DNA of 63,966 bases, counting the filler, from Reticulomyxa filosa (lineage: Eukaryota; Protista; Foraminifera): the NCBI GenBank assembly GCA_000512085.1. It is 17 parts of 17 records of this genome, joined end to end, with 100 filler letters (N's around TTAATTAATTAA, not from the genome) between each part and the next. Parts side by side here need not be neighbours in the genome. Positions count along the whole stretch, not along the records: positions 1 to 8,111 come from ASPP01004156.1; positions 8,212 to 11,721 come from ASPP01025289.1; positions 11,822 to 21,179 come from ASPP01037606.1; 14 more parts are not named here. One strand, written 5' to 3'. The position numbers and the translations under genes were made by a program. The notes beneath the pieces are model-generated. The model searched no databases. It had not been told where the DNA came from and was given only the letters and a program-made list of their open reading frames with translations. Below are positions 1 through 12,709 of this stretch, in pieces; position 1 is the first letter of the stretch; every line of letters begins with the position of its first letter.

Positions 1-314
1 GATGTTCTTTTGAACGATCAGCGATTTTTTTTTGACAGCTCATACAATGACGAAATTTGGACTCTTTAAATTGCTTTCTTCGTTAATAGCAAAAACAGAA
101 AATATAAAGTTGTGTTTGCTCAAAATGACAATTCAACGTCAAGTTGTGCACTCGGATTGAATATTGCGCACAACTTTTTTATATTATCAACTATGCATTG
201 AGAGTTTTACTTCAATACTTTTTCTAAATTCAAATTTTAATTGTAATGGCACGTACTGATATAATACTTGTAAAAAAAGCATAAATGAAATAATCAAAGA
301 GCTATAAAGAGTGA

Positions 315-853
315 TCAGTCGCTATTTAGTGACTTTTCAGGAATGGCAATGCCAACATTGTTCTCGTTCATTGCATTTTCTGAGAAGATTGTCGTCTCAT
401 TTAAAGTTGCAGGTTCTTTGAAAGGATTATCTTCTTTGGTTTTTTGGTATCCATTTACCTCCTCTTCGGGTGACGTGGACTCCTTTTTTTCCCCAATCAA
501 ACAAACGAAATAATTTTGGTCTGTGTGTTTTTGTTTTCTTAAACTGATTTGATTTCTTCATTGGCAGGCGTTTCAATCTTTTGCTCGGTTTTCTCCCTTT
601 GGGTATTTGTTTAATGAAAATAAAGTGTATAATGTAAAGATAAACAAACTTACTTGTTGACATTTTCTGACACGGAATATCTCTTTTGCTGTGATGCATT
701 CCATTCATCAAAAGTTCGCGTAAATTGACTGACGTTATGGGAAACCAGCATTCCAGGTATTAGTGTTGAACCGCTTTGGACGTCCATAAGTCCATTCAGA
801 CCCAGAGCGTCATTTGTATTAAAATGAGCAACAATATCTCTGTTATTGATCAT
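315..853 (-). CDS. Hypothetical spliced protein (fragments)
   Basis: Short minus-strand ORFs (650-853, 315-500) with protein-like composition, separated by AT-rich intron-like stretches. No family recognised. Confidence 0.3.
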
Positions 854-911
854 GCAAACTTATGGCATCTTTCCTGTGTATCTTCTTTTCTGATTCAAAA
901 AATTGGAGAAG

Positions 912-1507
912 TTATAAAACTTTTCGGAAATTAGAGTTAAAAAACCTGACAAAGTGTTGACAATTGTTGGCCAATCCAGTGTACTCTGGATGGCGCTGTT
1001 GCCAAGACAGTAGCCAATTTCCAATCTGTGAAGCGGATAGCCTCTTGTTCTTTCGAATCGCTTGAAAAGTTGATAATATCAGCCATCTTTCTGTGAAATT
1101 GGCGTTTGTGTCAAACCAAAATGCTCTCCTCGTCTGCGTGTTATTTGGTAACTGTACGTATACACACAATAGTCAAAAAAATTGTGCAACGACGCAAAGG
1201 GGAGGCAATATGAAGTCGATCAACAAGCACATACCAAAAGCCATTCAATTTCACTAGTATCAAAAAATTCAATGCGAAGTAAGTGATTGGGGCCTTCGAA
1301 GGCTAAAGCCCAATGATAAAACATTCGACTTCCTTCCAAAAGTCTTCGAATAGCATAGACAGTATGAAAAGCTTGTTTTTCTGTCATCTTTTGTTTGCAC
1401 AAATTCTCCAATTTCATATGATTTCTCGTCGCAAATTTTTTCCATTTCGACAATTGGGCTTCCGCTCTTGATCTCAGCAACTTTTCCAAAGGTGCGTAAA
1501 ATGTCAT
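912..1507 (-). CDS. Permuted papain-like (PPPDE/DeSI/LRAT-type) domain protein; upstream ORFs to 2455 may be further exons
   Basis: A GT-AG intron (1234-1152) joins ...FYHWALAFEG...EWLL to LPNNT...EYTGLANNCQHFV. His (1313-1315) precedes an NNCQHF Cys (~960-962), as in circularly permuted NlpC/P60 peptidases. Confidence 0.6.
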
Positions 1508-1657
1508 ATCACTTTCGACTAAGTTGCAAAAGAACCAATTTTTCAATAGCAATGAAGGGCTAGAAAATAAATGCTGGATGTATCTAATATATGTGCATAC
1601 ATATACATTATAGCCTATGCGCTCTAACGCACGCACATGCTACCAATCATATATCAC

Positions 1658-2455
1658 TCAAAAGACAACCAAATTACGTATACACTTTTTTTTGGGACAA
1701 AACTTGCGTATAATGTCCACTTGTTTGGCACCAGCTCTTAACGCCTTCAACTCTAAAAACCCTGGCAAGGATCTTCGACATAAAACTTTGACATCTTCTT
1801 TCATTTCCTCATAGAGAGAAGAATCAATACACTTCTTGTTATAGGGCTCAGGATAGGATTTGCACGGAAATAGTTTTTGCTTCGACTCTTTATGCTTTTT
1901 TTTTGTGTAAAAAAAAATTATCACACAATGCACAAAGCTTCTTATCAAAACTTCGGCATCAATAAGTTTTTCTAAATTTTTCAATGCATCATATGACGTC
2001 CGGAAAGGAAATGCATAATATTTCGAACGAAATTCAAATACCAGTTCAAATTTGAATTTCTGTTCCATATTTTATTGATATAACATCGTTAACCTTCTTA
2101 GCTGAGCGTTACAAAATGCAGGAGAGAAAAGAGTCAGTTTTTTTTTAGTCACCCATTCTTTGGCGGAAACAATCGAGTTTTCTGATACACCTAGGACGGA
2201 AATGAATGCAAAATAATTATGTTCCCAACGAGGATATTGTTTTTGAATGTAGTTTTTGCAGCATTTGCCATTTGTGATGTGTTTGTCCAGACACTTCCAT
2301 GAATAAACTTCGGACAACTCAATGTTTTGTATTACTTTGTCCATCGTCAACAAGTCTGGACAACTTTCTGGACAAGCTTCAGCTTCAACTTCTGCGTCAC
2401 AATCTTCACATTTTTCATCAGCAGACGTTAAATTAAATATTCGCAACATCACCAC
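1658..2455 (-). CDS. Hypothetical exons, possibly the N-terminal part of the PPPDE-like gene
   Basis: ORFs 2072-2455 and 1658-2068 lie on the same strand with intron-like interruptions. No motif recognised. Confidence 0.3.
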
Positions 2456-2804
2456 AAATGGTGTTACACAAGTATTATTTTATTTTCTGTTTTTTGTGAA
2501 CGTTCAAAAAACAACAAGTATTAAAATTTCTCAAGCTTGTTATATATTAACATGTTCTATTCAACGTGAACTTCCAAATATACAGCAATCTTAGATTTTA
2601 TCTAACAAATAATAAGCAGACAAATTAATTACAAATCGATGCTTGCAATAATCTATCTGTGGCCTACGATTGTGTTAGTTCAGAGTGTTGTTAGTTCTTG
2701 GAAAGTACCTTGAATTAAGAAAAAAAGGAAGCAATTGAGCCAATTTTGTAAAATTATTAGTTTGTTCGAATTATTTGAAGTGTAAAAAAAGAAAAAATTC
2801 GAAA

Positions 2805-3688
2805 ATGATTGAAGTAGATGTTTTTTGGTCTTTTGCGATTGGAGCGTCAATTGCTTGCGCAGCAGGTCCCTCGCTGCAATACAACTCAAATCCGTTGGCT
2901 TCTTCGTATTTCGCGTACTTGTGTTTCGTATTGGCGTGTGTGTTTGCACCTTCCGGTTGTTACCTGTTAATTGCCTATCCTGGATGGGAATCGATGTTTT
3001 TGTTAAACAGAGAATATGTGAACAGCTATCCAATTCTCATCACCATCTTCAGTAGTACAAACACATTATTAGGTATTTTTCTAAAATTTCTTCTTTTGTT
3101 TTGCAATAAGTAAAAAATTAATTTTAAAATCATTGATAGGTATGATCGGATATTATGAGGCATGGTGGGTCATGCGATATACTCCAAACGGACTTATCCG
3201 CGCACAAAAGTATTGGGTGATCCCTTACGTAATAATGTTTGCAATTTTAGGATTGGGCTACAATAGATTTTTATACTCATCTTCGTATGAGAATTTTCAC
3301 GAAAATAAAAAGGTTGACTGGATGGAGTTCTTTACACAACCAAGCGACGTGTTCGTAACTTTGTTAAAAATGGGTCTGATATTGATACCATTGTTGTATT
3401 ATCCGGTGTTTGCATGGGGAAGTAGCCATATTAATGGAAAAGTCTTGAAAGAGGCTCTCAGATGGTATGGAATTGGTATCATCATTGTGTCTTGTGGTTA
3501 CATCGGCTTCATTCATTATTTCACTGAATTTCAAATTACGTTTGCGGACGATAGATACCCTTTTTGATAAATGTGGAATGTACGCGCCATTGTGTGGTTT
3601 CCTTGGTTTTATGGTGACATTATTTTGGTTTGTCCTTTTGCCTGTCATTGTGACGGTCTTGGCTTGTGAGAAGACTCACCAAGCATAG
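2805..3688 (+). CDS. Multi-pass membrane protein of unknown function (MIEVDVFWSFAIGA... family)
   Basis: ATG at 2805 and a GT-AG intron at 3073-3139. Several hydrophobic segments, with motifs VDVFWS, FAPSG and YPGWESM. An apparent 1-nt frameshift in the T run near 3561-3565 joins ...DRYPF to DKCGMYAPLCG...; stop at 3686-3688. Confidence 0.6.
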
Positions 3689-4472
3689 AAATTGCCCACT
3701 AATTTTTAAATGGTGTCGATAAATCATTTGAAAATTTAAAGTTCGATTTCTCAATTTTTGCACTTTGAGGTAGGGATTTTTTTTTTAGCCATGGTGGATG
3801 ACCGTCCAAAGAAGCATTCCTTTTTTGGAGTGTTATGCATCAAGTGAATTAATGTAGATCGAAAATGCATAATGAATAACAAAACAGACTACTGCTTGTA
3901 ATGCTTGACTTCACTGTTTAAATGTTTGGATTTTAGTTCTCTGGAGTCTCAGTTTCTTTTTTGAATCAAGTGATTGTTTTTCAAGCGATGCATTTTTCGA
4001 TCCTGATCTACGCTCATTCAAAACATTTGCCAGAACTTGTCACCTCGCAAAATATTGTTCACTTCTTTTGTTTGCGTGCGCAATAAAGCCGACGTATTGA
4101 GCTTTACAGAAAATCAAAAATTCATGTGAAAATCAGAAATAGTTGTCCAAGAGTTTTTAACGTGCGTTTTTACGATTTTTGCTCTCTGGTCCTTGAAAGT
4201 GTTGACGAACTGAAAAATTACATTAAATGAGTAACAACGCAAGACAACTCGAGTGTAATTGCTGACAATTTGTAACAAGTTATTTTGAATATTAACCACC
4301 AAAACTGTTCTTTTACATGTAACCAACATCACAAGCGATTTGATTCGTGGTGAGCTTCAGAATACAAAGATGTATTGCATTCTGGAGAATAAGAGTAGTC
4401 AATTATCTGTATCGTGTGAGATATTTACATTTGCAAAGCATCTGGACACAGAAGCTGTGGTTTCTAGTTGAT

Positions 4473-7400
4473 CTAGTTTTGCAACTCTTCAAAAACGGGC
4501 TTACTTTTAACGTTTGACTTTTTAATTTTTTTCTTTTCAATTGTCGTAGTATGTTGCTCATTGCTTACGGTAACTCCTTTCAGCAATAAAAAAATGTGCA
4601 ATACGTCAAAGTAGTCAGTTAAAAAGAGTAGTACATTTTTTTTTATTTTTCCTGGAATATATTGCAAAGAGCCACACAATACCTAACTTTTGTTTTGAGA
4701 GGCCTCCCAATAATTGCCGGCTTTTTTCAAATCAAAAGTGAACTCATCAAAAATGCGAATAAGTTGGTCAAAACCGTCATTTTGGAGAAACTCGTAATCG
4801 TATTCCTGAGCGACACGATTTGCAATAGTTATACATTCGTTCCAAAGATTAAGGAGAATTCCCCAGTTGTCACGAGCTTTACGTTTGAAGTTACTCATGA
4901 ACGCTTCAAATTTGTTATTGTTACTGCCTTCGTTCGTGTTTAGATTATCTTTTTCTTCCTTGCTCTGGTCATCGTGTTTTTTGATTTTTAGTTCTCTATA
5001 TTTTCGGAGCTCTCTTTGAAATACTATTAGTTCTTCGTCAGCGGACATTATGTTGTTATATAATTCCCTTCCTTTTACTTTGTATGTTTTTTTTTTCATG
5101 TTACTTTATATGTATATTTTTGTCAATAGAAAAAATAAGCAAACATTTGGTAGCTTCGTGGCACGCCTTGAGATCCTCAATGACTTGTAATGCCTCTGGA
5201 AAATGAATTTTGCAATACGAATATATATAAGTAAGCAACGTGAATGACTCGTCATGACGACTTTTCACCGATTTGAGTGTTCGAAGCGATCCCAAATGGA
5301 ATCCGTACATGCCATACATTTCTTTGGATTTGCTTCCAGATGTATTTGCGTGTAAGAAATTACCAAAGGCTAATACAATTTTCAACATTTTACGTAAGCT
5401 TTCTGATTTGTCAATGGCAGCTAATGCGTTTTTAAATGTACACAGCTCTTTATATTTTTCTTCTAAACTGCTTTCCAGCTGTTATTTTTCGGTCATTAAA
5501 AAAAAACATTTTCTTTATTGCTTTTGAAATAAAATAGAAAAAAAAAAAGAACCTTAAATTTGGATAACCAAATTTTTAATTTGACATCCAAAAGGTCCAA
5601 ATCGGCGAGATGATAAAAAAAATTTTCAACATCTGTCAATTCGGATGGTTTGACTTGCAATACATGAATTTTATGCAAAACAAATTTTTGTTCCTCTTTT
5701 TGTGGAATAAGTGCCAGTAACTCCCCAATCAAATGTTTTCCCAACTTGGCATCGTTGACATTTACAATGTAGGCGCGAATCTGTGATGGAGTCAACGGGA
5801 TGCGATGCAACGCTTCTTTGATAAGTTTTTCTCGCTGAGGATTGATCCGCACAATTAATTCTTCATATTTTATATGTTCACTTTCAGTATTGTCTTTTTT
5901 TTCTTCTGATCCATTTTTGTCTTGTGTTTGTGTCCATTTAAGCAAAACCAAAAAAAGTCACAAAATCAATTCAAATTTGTTCAAACAATTTTATTTTATT
6001 TTATTTTTTTTGCGTGGTAACAATATAACTCAACATTCATCCGAGGCCGATTTGCGGAATAAATCTTCAAAATCTTTTGGAATATGGACAGTATCTTCGT
6101 TCCGTATTGGCGGAGAGCCAATCGGTTCCCACAATGTTCCAGTGACATATTCGTTCTCAATTGGAACCCAATTCCATGATTGTATTGCCGAAGAAGGCAC
6201 TTGTTTCAATCTCCTTGGGGAAATTGTGATGTTTGTTGATTGTTGCTGTTTTTCTTTTTGTGGCGAAAATAGGCCTGTTTGATAACAGCAAAATACGTAT
6301 CCATTACAAATACACACATATGCAATATGTTTGTATTTGTTATAGTGATAAGTACTGTGACGACATATGCCTTTGTTTGGTTATTTAAAAGAAACAAACT
6401 GTGTTCAATATTCGGTTCAGATAACAATGGATTAACATGCATTACAGCGCCATTTTGTTCCATTTGTTTTTTGAGTGTGTGAATGGTGTTTTTCAGTGAA
6501 TTATTTTCATTGTCTAAAGCGATAAATCTCTTTTTCCATTCCTCCAGCTCTTTGTAGGTGTGTTCATTATCTACAGCAGTTCTGCTTGAATCCACAACTC
6601 TCTCGTCATTGGTAACAGGATGGTCTTGAAGAGGAAAGACATCCGTGGAACGTTTTTGTGTGGTAAATAGTCCCTGTTTGCTGTGATTGCCTCGTGGAGT
6701 CGAGCTTCGGTAAATGTATTTGGGCTTATTCTTGCCAATTGAAGACTGCGTGACGATTGGAGTAATTCCACTTTCTTGTTGCGCCCTCATCAAATGCGTC
6801 TTCAAATTATCTAAATTGGACTTTTTTTTGGCGTTGTTGCCTGTATTGGGGATTGGTGACATGCCAAAGTTCTCTGGAATCGAGTTCAACAAAGTCCCCG
6901 GCGACACCGGGGTTGTGTTGTTTGTGTCAATGGCAACCATTGGCGTGTTATCCGCACTTCTGGCGTACAAAGGGACAGATAACAGCGTCCCTGATATTTT
7001 TTGAGTCTGTATTTCCGGAACAAGAGGATGATGAGATGAACGTAGATTGGAGATTGGCTGCGTAGATGTTTCAACAGAGTGTTTGCCCTTGTTATGAACA
7101 CGATCTCGCAATTGTGGTGATGGAGTCAGTCCTTGATTTTGATTGGACTCTCGCTTGGTCCATAGTTGATCAAATCCTTTATGTTTTCCCAGTTTCTTTT
7201 TAAAGGAAGTCGATTGACCGATATGCTCTTTGGGCTGTGGATCGATCATTTGTGGAGGCTCTTCGTTCCTCAAAGAAGGTTGTGGAGACAGATTCGATGA
7301 ATTTGATGCTTCCATCGCTTCTCTTTGTCTTTCCATGGCCAGCCTTTCCGTCATTTGTTTCAAATAATCAAAAGACGTGGTCCCTGTCGGAGTTGATCGA

Positions 7401-8111
7401 AACCTTGCCAAAGTCGGCGCACGCGAATGCATCGGAGTGGTAATCGATTCACGAAATAACGCGGGTGCAGCATTACTTCGTCGCTCGCCTGAAGAAGGAA
7501 AAGGTTGGGGATTTCGTCTCTCTAAACTGTCCATGTGATTGATGTTTGCTTCATTCGTCGCATTTCGAGTGGATTCCAACAAATCCAGATCCTTCTTTTC
7601 TTCCACGGTCGCCGCGTCTGTATTCTCGTCTTGTTGACTGTTGGCGTCGTTGCTGTCCACTGGCATCAATGGTGCCTTCACTTCCTCGTTCCAAGATAAG
7701 TCCACCACGGTGTTGTGAGGGACGTGAGAGGATCTTTTCTTTGCTCCTTTGTTTGAGCTTTTATGTTTGCATTTGCATGTGAGCATATATACATATATAT
7801 GTATATATTGTCTTTTCAAAAAAAGATACAAATGTACAAAACACAAAGCAAATAACAAAACAGAGAAACGCCGGGGTCATTTTTTTTGGTGGAAAATGAC
7901 AGCTCGCGTTTTACGTTGCGCTGATCTCGCGAGTCTCTCATCCTCGTGGAGGTAGGACGTTTCCTTTGGGATGCATTTGCTTTCTCTAATTTTTGTTGAG
8001 ACACGTCACGTTTTTTTAGACTTACATGAGTTGTCTCGCCGACCACTATTTCATACACACACACACACACATATATACATATACATATATATGTATTATG
8101 TGTATATGACA
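4473..8111 (-). CDS. Formin (FH2 domain) protein, multi-exon, 5' end cut by contig break
   Basis: FH2 hallmarks: lasso-like 'IQSWNWVPI...TGTLWE', and 'LKIVLAFGNFLH...YGFHLGSLRTLKSVKS...TLLTYI' matching the GNxMN / GFxLxSL / TLLxY motifs. Long low-complexity N-terminal exon (6206-7858). Confidence 0.85.
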
Positions 8112-8211
8112 NNNNNNNNNNNNNNNNNNNNNNNNNNNNNNNNNNNNNNNNNNNNTTAATTAATTAANNNNNNNNNNNNNNNNNNNNNNNNNNNNNNNNN
8201 NNNNNNNNNNN
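8112..8211. other. Artificial contig linker (44 N + TTAATTAATTAA + 44 N). Identical linkers at 11722-11821, 21180-21279, 22715-22814, 25014-25113, 26621-26720, 29073-29172, 30567-30666, 31978-32077, 33727-33826, 34982-35081, 36555-36654, 46479-46578, 52548-52647, 55540-55639, 58829-58928
   Basis: Identical 100-nt blocks whose 12-mer core puts stops in all six frames. Genes are truncated at them, and GC content jumps across 29073-29172 and 30567-30666. Confidence 0.98.
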
Positions 8212-8213
8212 TA

Positions 8214-8244
<31 letters not shown>

Positions 8245-8276
8245 ATATGTATATATGTATATATATATATATATAG

Positions 8277-9588
8277 ATTGCAGATGGACAAACAGAAATT
8301 GAAGTATGGGATATTGATGACGACGATGACGATGATGACGATGACGACTTGCCCGAGTATTTGAAAGAGCAACACGCAAAGCATTCGACGGACAAACCAC
8401 TATCAATGTTGACACGCATGTCGCATCAAGCCAGTGCCATTCGTTTGACGAATTTGGGCGTGCCGAGAGAAAAGCGTGTATCGCAAAACCCAATGTCCCC
8501 CACCGGACTGAACAACATGTTAGCCTCTCCATTCCACGTGCCCACCAGTCCCTTTGGTCTGGCCCCCGTCTCGCCACAGTTGTTCAAGTTTCCCAACAGC
8601 AGGTCTTCCATTGGAAGTGCGACTGGCTTTATGCTATCGCCGTCTGCATTTTCGGGGAGTGAGCGAAAGAGCTCGTTGGTTATGTCGGTGATCCAAAAGA
8701 AAGGCAACACAAGCACAAATGCATTGCTTTCGAAGACGTCCCTTGGTCCGGACAATCGTCCACGTAAGACCTTCAATGTCAAGTCGACCCCGGTCACGCC
8801 AAAGAGCGGTCGAACATCACGAAGGCCGTCCAATGACAAAGACATCTCCGGCAGAGAGCTGCAGACCTTTCGTTCCTCTTTGGTCGTACCTATGTTACCT
8901 GTGGCCAACCCACTCGCGTCCAAGACCAAATCTCAGGAAGATGTGTTGCGAAGGAATGCAATCACAGCAACAGCAGCAGTAGTTGCTGCTTCTTCCACTA
9001 CCAATGTCAATACTTCGAATATGATAACAGAAGATAAAAGTCGGAGATCGATTGTTCGATTTACAAACTCGTCGGATGTGGAAGACTCGACCTTGAGTCC
9101 GAAACGTCCCAGCAAGACGCTGTCTCGCGTGCGGTTTGACAATGGCATGGGCGACGACAACAGCACCAGCAAGCGCGAGAGCACGGTGAGAGTCAAACGC
9201 ACGACAGTCGCCCCGCAAAGCGCACGAGCGTCGCTAAGCAAGTCGCAACAAAGGAAGTCGGCAGCTCGAAAGACGCAATACGTAAAGCGAAGCATACTGA
9301 AAGGCATTGGATTGAATCGTGAGTCCACCAATTCCAAACAGCGAAGATCCATCTTTTTCGATAGCGAAAACGTTCCCGCAAACACCTCTGCCGCTGCTGC
9401 GATTGCTGCAGTCAATGCAAACAATGTTAACCCTGCGAGCTCGGTTGGAAGCAGCGGAAGCGCACTTCTCCACAAAGGCGGGTCCATCATTGGACAAACA
9501 CCTAGTTTCACTGGAGCATCTCCGTCGGGAGGTGGAGAACATGTTACTTAGACTTTGTTTTGCTTTATTTAAAAAAAAAAAAAAGTTC

Positions 9589-9636
<48 letters not shown>

Positions 9637-10774
9637 GAAGTTACGAGGAGGAAGTGGATTTAGCGATATGTCATTTGCTCGATGGATGCGAGGTAAGACG
9701 ATCGACAACATGGACGAGGCCGAAGACCCCCCGTTTTGGGAAAACGATCGAGGCTTGTATGGAGCCCTGATGAGTGTGCAAATTGTGGCCGAGTTTATGA
9801 ACGAGTACAAAGCGTCCAGCGAATGTCGAGCCAAGTTTATGAAGATGGTGAAATATTTCACAAGGTTTGTGAAGAATCACACGTACCATAAAAATTGGTC
9901 GAATAAAAAGTTTTATGACAAAGCCAAAGCCAAGCTTCACGACAGCAATTACAACCTGTTTTTGTATGAACACTATCTGGCCTCCCAAAAATATTTCGCA
10001 CGCTATCAAGCTAATCTAAAAAAAAAGAAAATTGCCATCCCCAAAATCCTACCCCCTCCGCCTACATTGCAAGCGCAGCCATGGAATTGGGTATCGCTGA
10101 CGTCGAGGTCGGCCAATATTGGCTTATCCACTCTCCGCGAAAACGAAGATGATGTGTCCATGACGGAAGGAGGGAGAGAGTTGTCCTTGTCCTCCATCGT
10201 GAATACCATCCCCACTACTATCACTACCACTACTTCTGCTCCTTCCACTACTGCTACTACTACTACTACCACGATCAAATTGAATGAAAAAGGGAAACCC
10301 AATTTATTAAAGAAGATGTCCATTGCGTTTGGACGACGAGGACCTGGAACAGGAACAAAGGATAAAGACGCGGAACAAGAACCCTCACATTCGAGACAGG
10401 AAAGCTTCATTCCGTTCTCGGCCTCTCCTTTGCCAATGGAAAGGGAACACTCTGCGAGCCATTCCATCGGAGGCGGGTTCGCGGAAGAACTCGTCGAAAT
10501 GTTCGAAGCGAAGATCGACGACATCACCAAAGAGTTGCATTATCAAATGAACGAAGAGTTCACATTGGAAATCGACCCCGTCCACAAGGTAGGATTCTGC
10601 TACACTAAAAACTACTCTCTCAAAAGCAAGTCCAAGCAATGGAAAAACCGCTACTTTATGGTCCGAGGACGTCTCCTCTTCCGATACACTTTGAAAGACG
10701 ATGAAAACCCTCTCGACTTAATCAATTGTCATGCAAAGGCATTTGATTTGGAACATGTCAAAGTTAATTAAACA

Positions 10775-10806
<32 letters not shown>

Positions 10807-11690
10807 TATATATATATTTATATTGCTTATTTGTTTTGTTTGTTAGGTTGAAGTGCACGAAAAAGTAATAAATTACAACGGAGTGAACTTGTATCCATTT
10901 ACGCTGCATTTTGTATCGCCTTTTGATAACGTGAATAACAAGCCCGCACAACAAGAGCACAAGCAGTTTATGAACGAACATCCGCCATTGCATTTGGCCT
11001 GTTCAAGTGCGTCGGACCGCGATGGCTGGGTGGAAAAGCTCAAAGTGTGTAGTCAGCTGTACCGAAACAAGAACCAAGATGGGGACAACGAAGAAGTTTC
11101 AAAAAACGCAAAGAATGCAAAAGAAAACAAAAACAAAGCAGAGACAGCAGCTGCGGACGCAAAAAGAGATGCGTTTTCGTCGACCTATCAACTGGTCAAT
11201 TCATATCGACAGCTGTTGTTCGAAGGGCCCGCGCAATTGGAAAACTCACAAATGTATGGCAACATCGCCATCCCTGTTCAGCTGTTTTTAGGAAACGATA
11301 TTATAATTATCTGCGATCGATCCGAACTATTTGAAGACGGCAATATCGGAGGAGCTGGAGCTGGAGTCGAAGAGAAGAAAAAAGAAGAGCCTAAAGGACA
11401 CAAGCGTCAGCCCACAAAGGAGCCCCAAAACGCAAAGAAGAACAGTGCGAGGCCGACATTTTTGGGTGGACTGTTTGCAAAAGGCCAGGACGGAGATGAC
11501 GGGAGCGCGTCCAACGATGCACTTTTCGAAGAGGAGGACGACGCCGACGATGGCGAAGACGACGACGAAATGTTGCAAAGAGACTTTAGCGAGTTTTACA
11601 AATTAAAGTTTGTCGGCGCTATTCATTTGATGGAAATCGTCACTGTGCAATTATTGGATTGGCCCAATTCCAATACAATCACCACTGGCA

Positions 11691-11721
<31 letters not shown>
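8277..11721 (+). CDS. Large Ser/Arg-rich protein with a PH domain and the start of a second PH-like domain; truncated at both ends
   Basis: Exons join in frame via GT-AG introns 9543-9640 and 10763-10846. PH motifs 'VGFCYTK...KQWKNRYFMVRGRLLFRY' and 'LHLACSSASDRDGWVEKLK'. The second block 'RQLLFEG...VQLFLGNDIIIIC' resembles the start of a PH domain. Confidence 0.75.
9591..9636. repeat. Intronic (TA)n/(TATG)n microsatellite. Similar tracts at ~8050-8275, ~10775-10820, ~11822-11880, ~34115-34280, ~45200-45285, ~46128-46155, ~47218-47270
   Basis: Directly visible. The tracts lie in introns and often coincide with contig ends. Confidence 0.9.
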
Positions 11722-11821
11722 NNNNNNNNNNNNNNNNNNNNNNNNNNNNNNNNNNNNNNNNNNNNTTAATTAATTAANNNNNNNNNNNNNNNNNNNNNNN
11801 NNNNNNNNNNNNNNNNNNNNN

Positions 11822-11853
<32 letters not shown>

Positions 11854-12709
11854 TTATATGTATATGTATATGCATGTATACATTTTTATTACATCTTTAG
11901 ACAACAAAATAATAATAATAATAATAAAAGTTTGAAACTGAGTCCGAAAAGTGCATGATGGTCAATCCACATGAAGCACAAAGTGCGCATAATATTGTAT
12001 AAAACAATAACAGATTTTTTTTTGATAATGGGACTATCAATGTCACGTACTTTTGTTGTCGCCATTTGGATTCTGTTTTTGTTTTTTTTTTTTTTTAATT
12101 GGGGAGCAGAAAAACACAGAAAAACGTTATTTTCAATCCACAGATGTTTCAAAGTCTGATTTCGTGTGGCCATATACGCTCTTGCTTGGCGGTAGGCGGA
12201 AACATACCACAAACTCAACAAAAATAAAAAAAGAGGGGGAAACGGGAAACACAGTCCAATTGCTTACCCTTGATTTTTCGTGCAGCTTCGCTGAACTGTT
12301 TTTTTTTTTGCTTCATCCTTGGGCTAGCTTCTGCGCAGACTTTTGGCGATTATGATGAAAATCAACAACCTTGATTGGTCTGAGATTACAAAAAGAGTTA
12401 GAGTTTAAGTTGAATGAACAGACAAAAGTCATGAAGCAAAAGATGGATATATCTTGACTTTTTTTTTGAGGAACGTTGCCACAAACTTGAAAAAAGTTTA
12501 AAAAAATTTGCTGATCGGATCCAGCTTTGTACGCTATCTTAAGATGACATTTTATAGCTCATTCGGTTGTTTCAATACTTTTTTGGATCTTAAGCACTAT
12601 GATCAAAAATAGTGATTATTGCTTAGTTTGTAGTTCTATTAATAAAGCAAAGTAAATATTTTTCTTAATTTTCATTCAGCATCTAATGATAACCTGTTCA
12701 AAACATATA

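Noticed and set aside
8156-8167. Regularly recurring TTAATTAATTAA palindrome between N runs, as a CRISPR-like or chromosome-breakage signal
   Set aside because: It is an artificial all-frame-stop linker used to concatenate contigs and is always embedded in exactly 88 Ns.
10040-10100. 'LPPPPTLQAQPWNWVSL' in the PH protein resembling a formin FH1/FH2 junction and the WNWV of the neighbouring formin
   Set aside because: No further FH2 motifs follow and the two genes are on different contigs, so this is probably coincidental.
8426-10639. Long antisense ORFs opposite the PH-domain gene (similar ones lie opposite the formin, WD40 and GPCR genes)
   Set aside because: They are shadows of the sense coding strand with no recognisable motifs.
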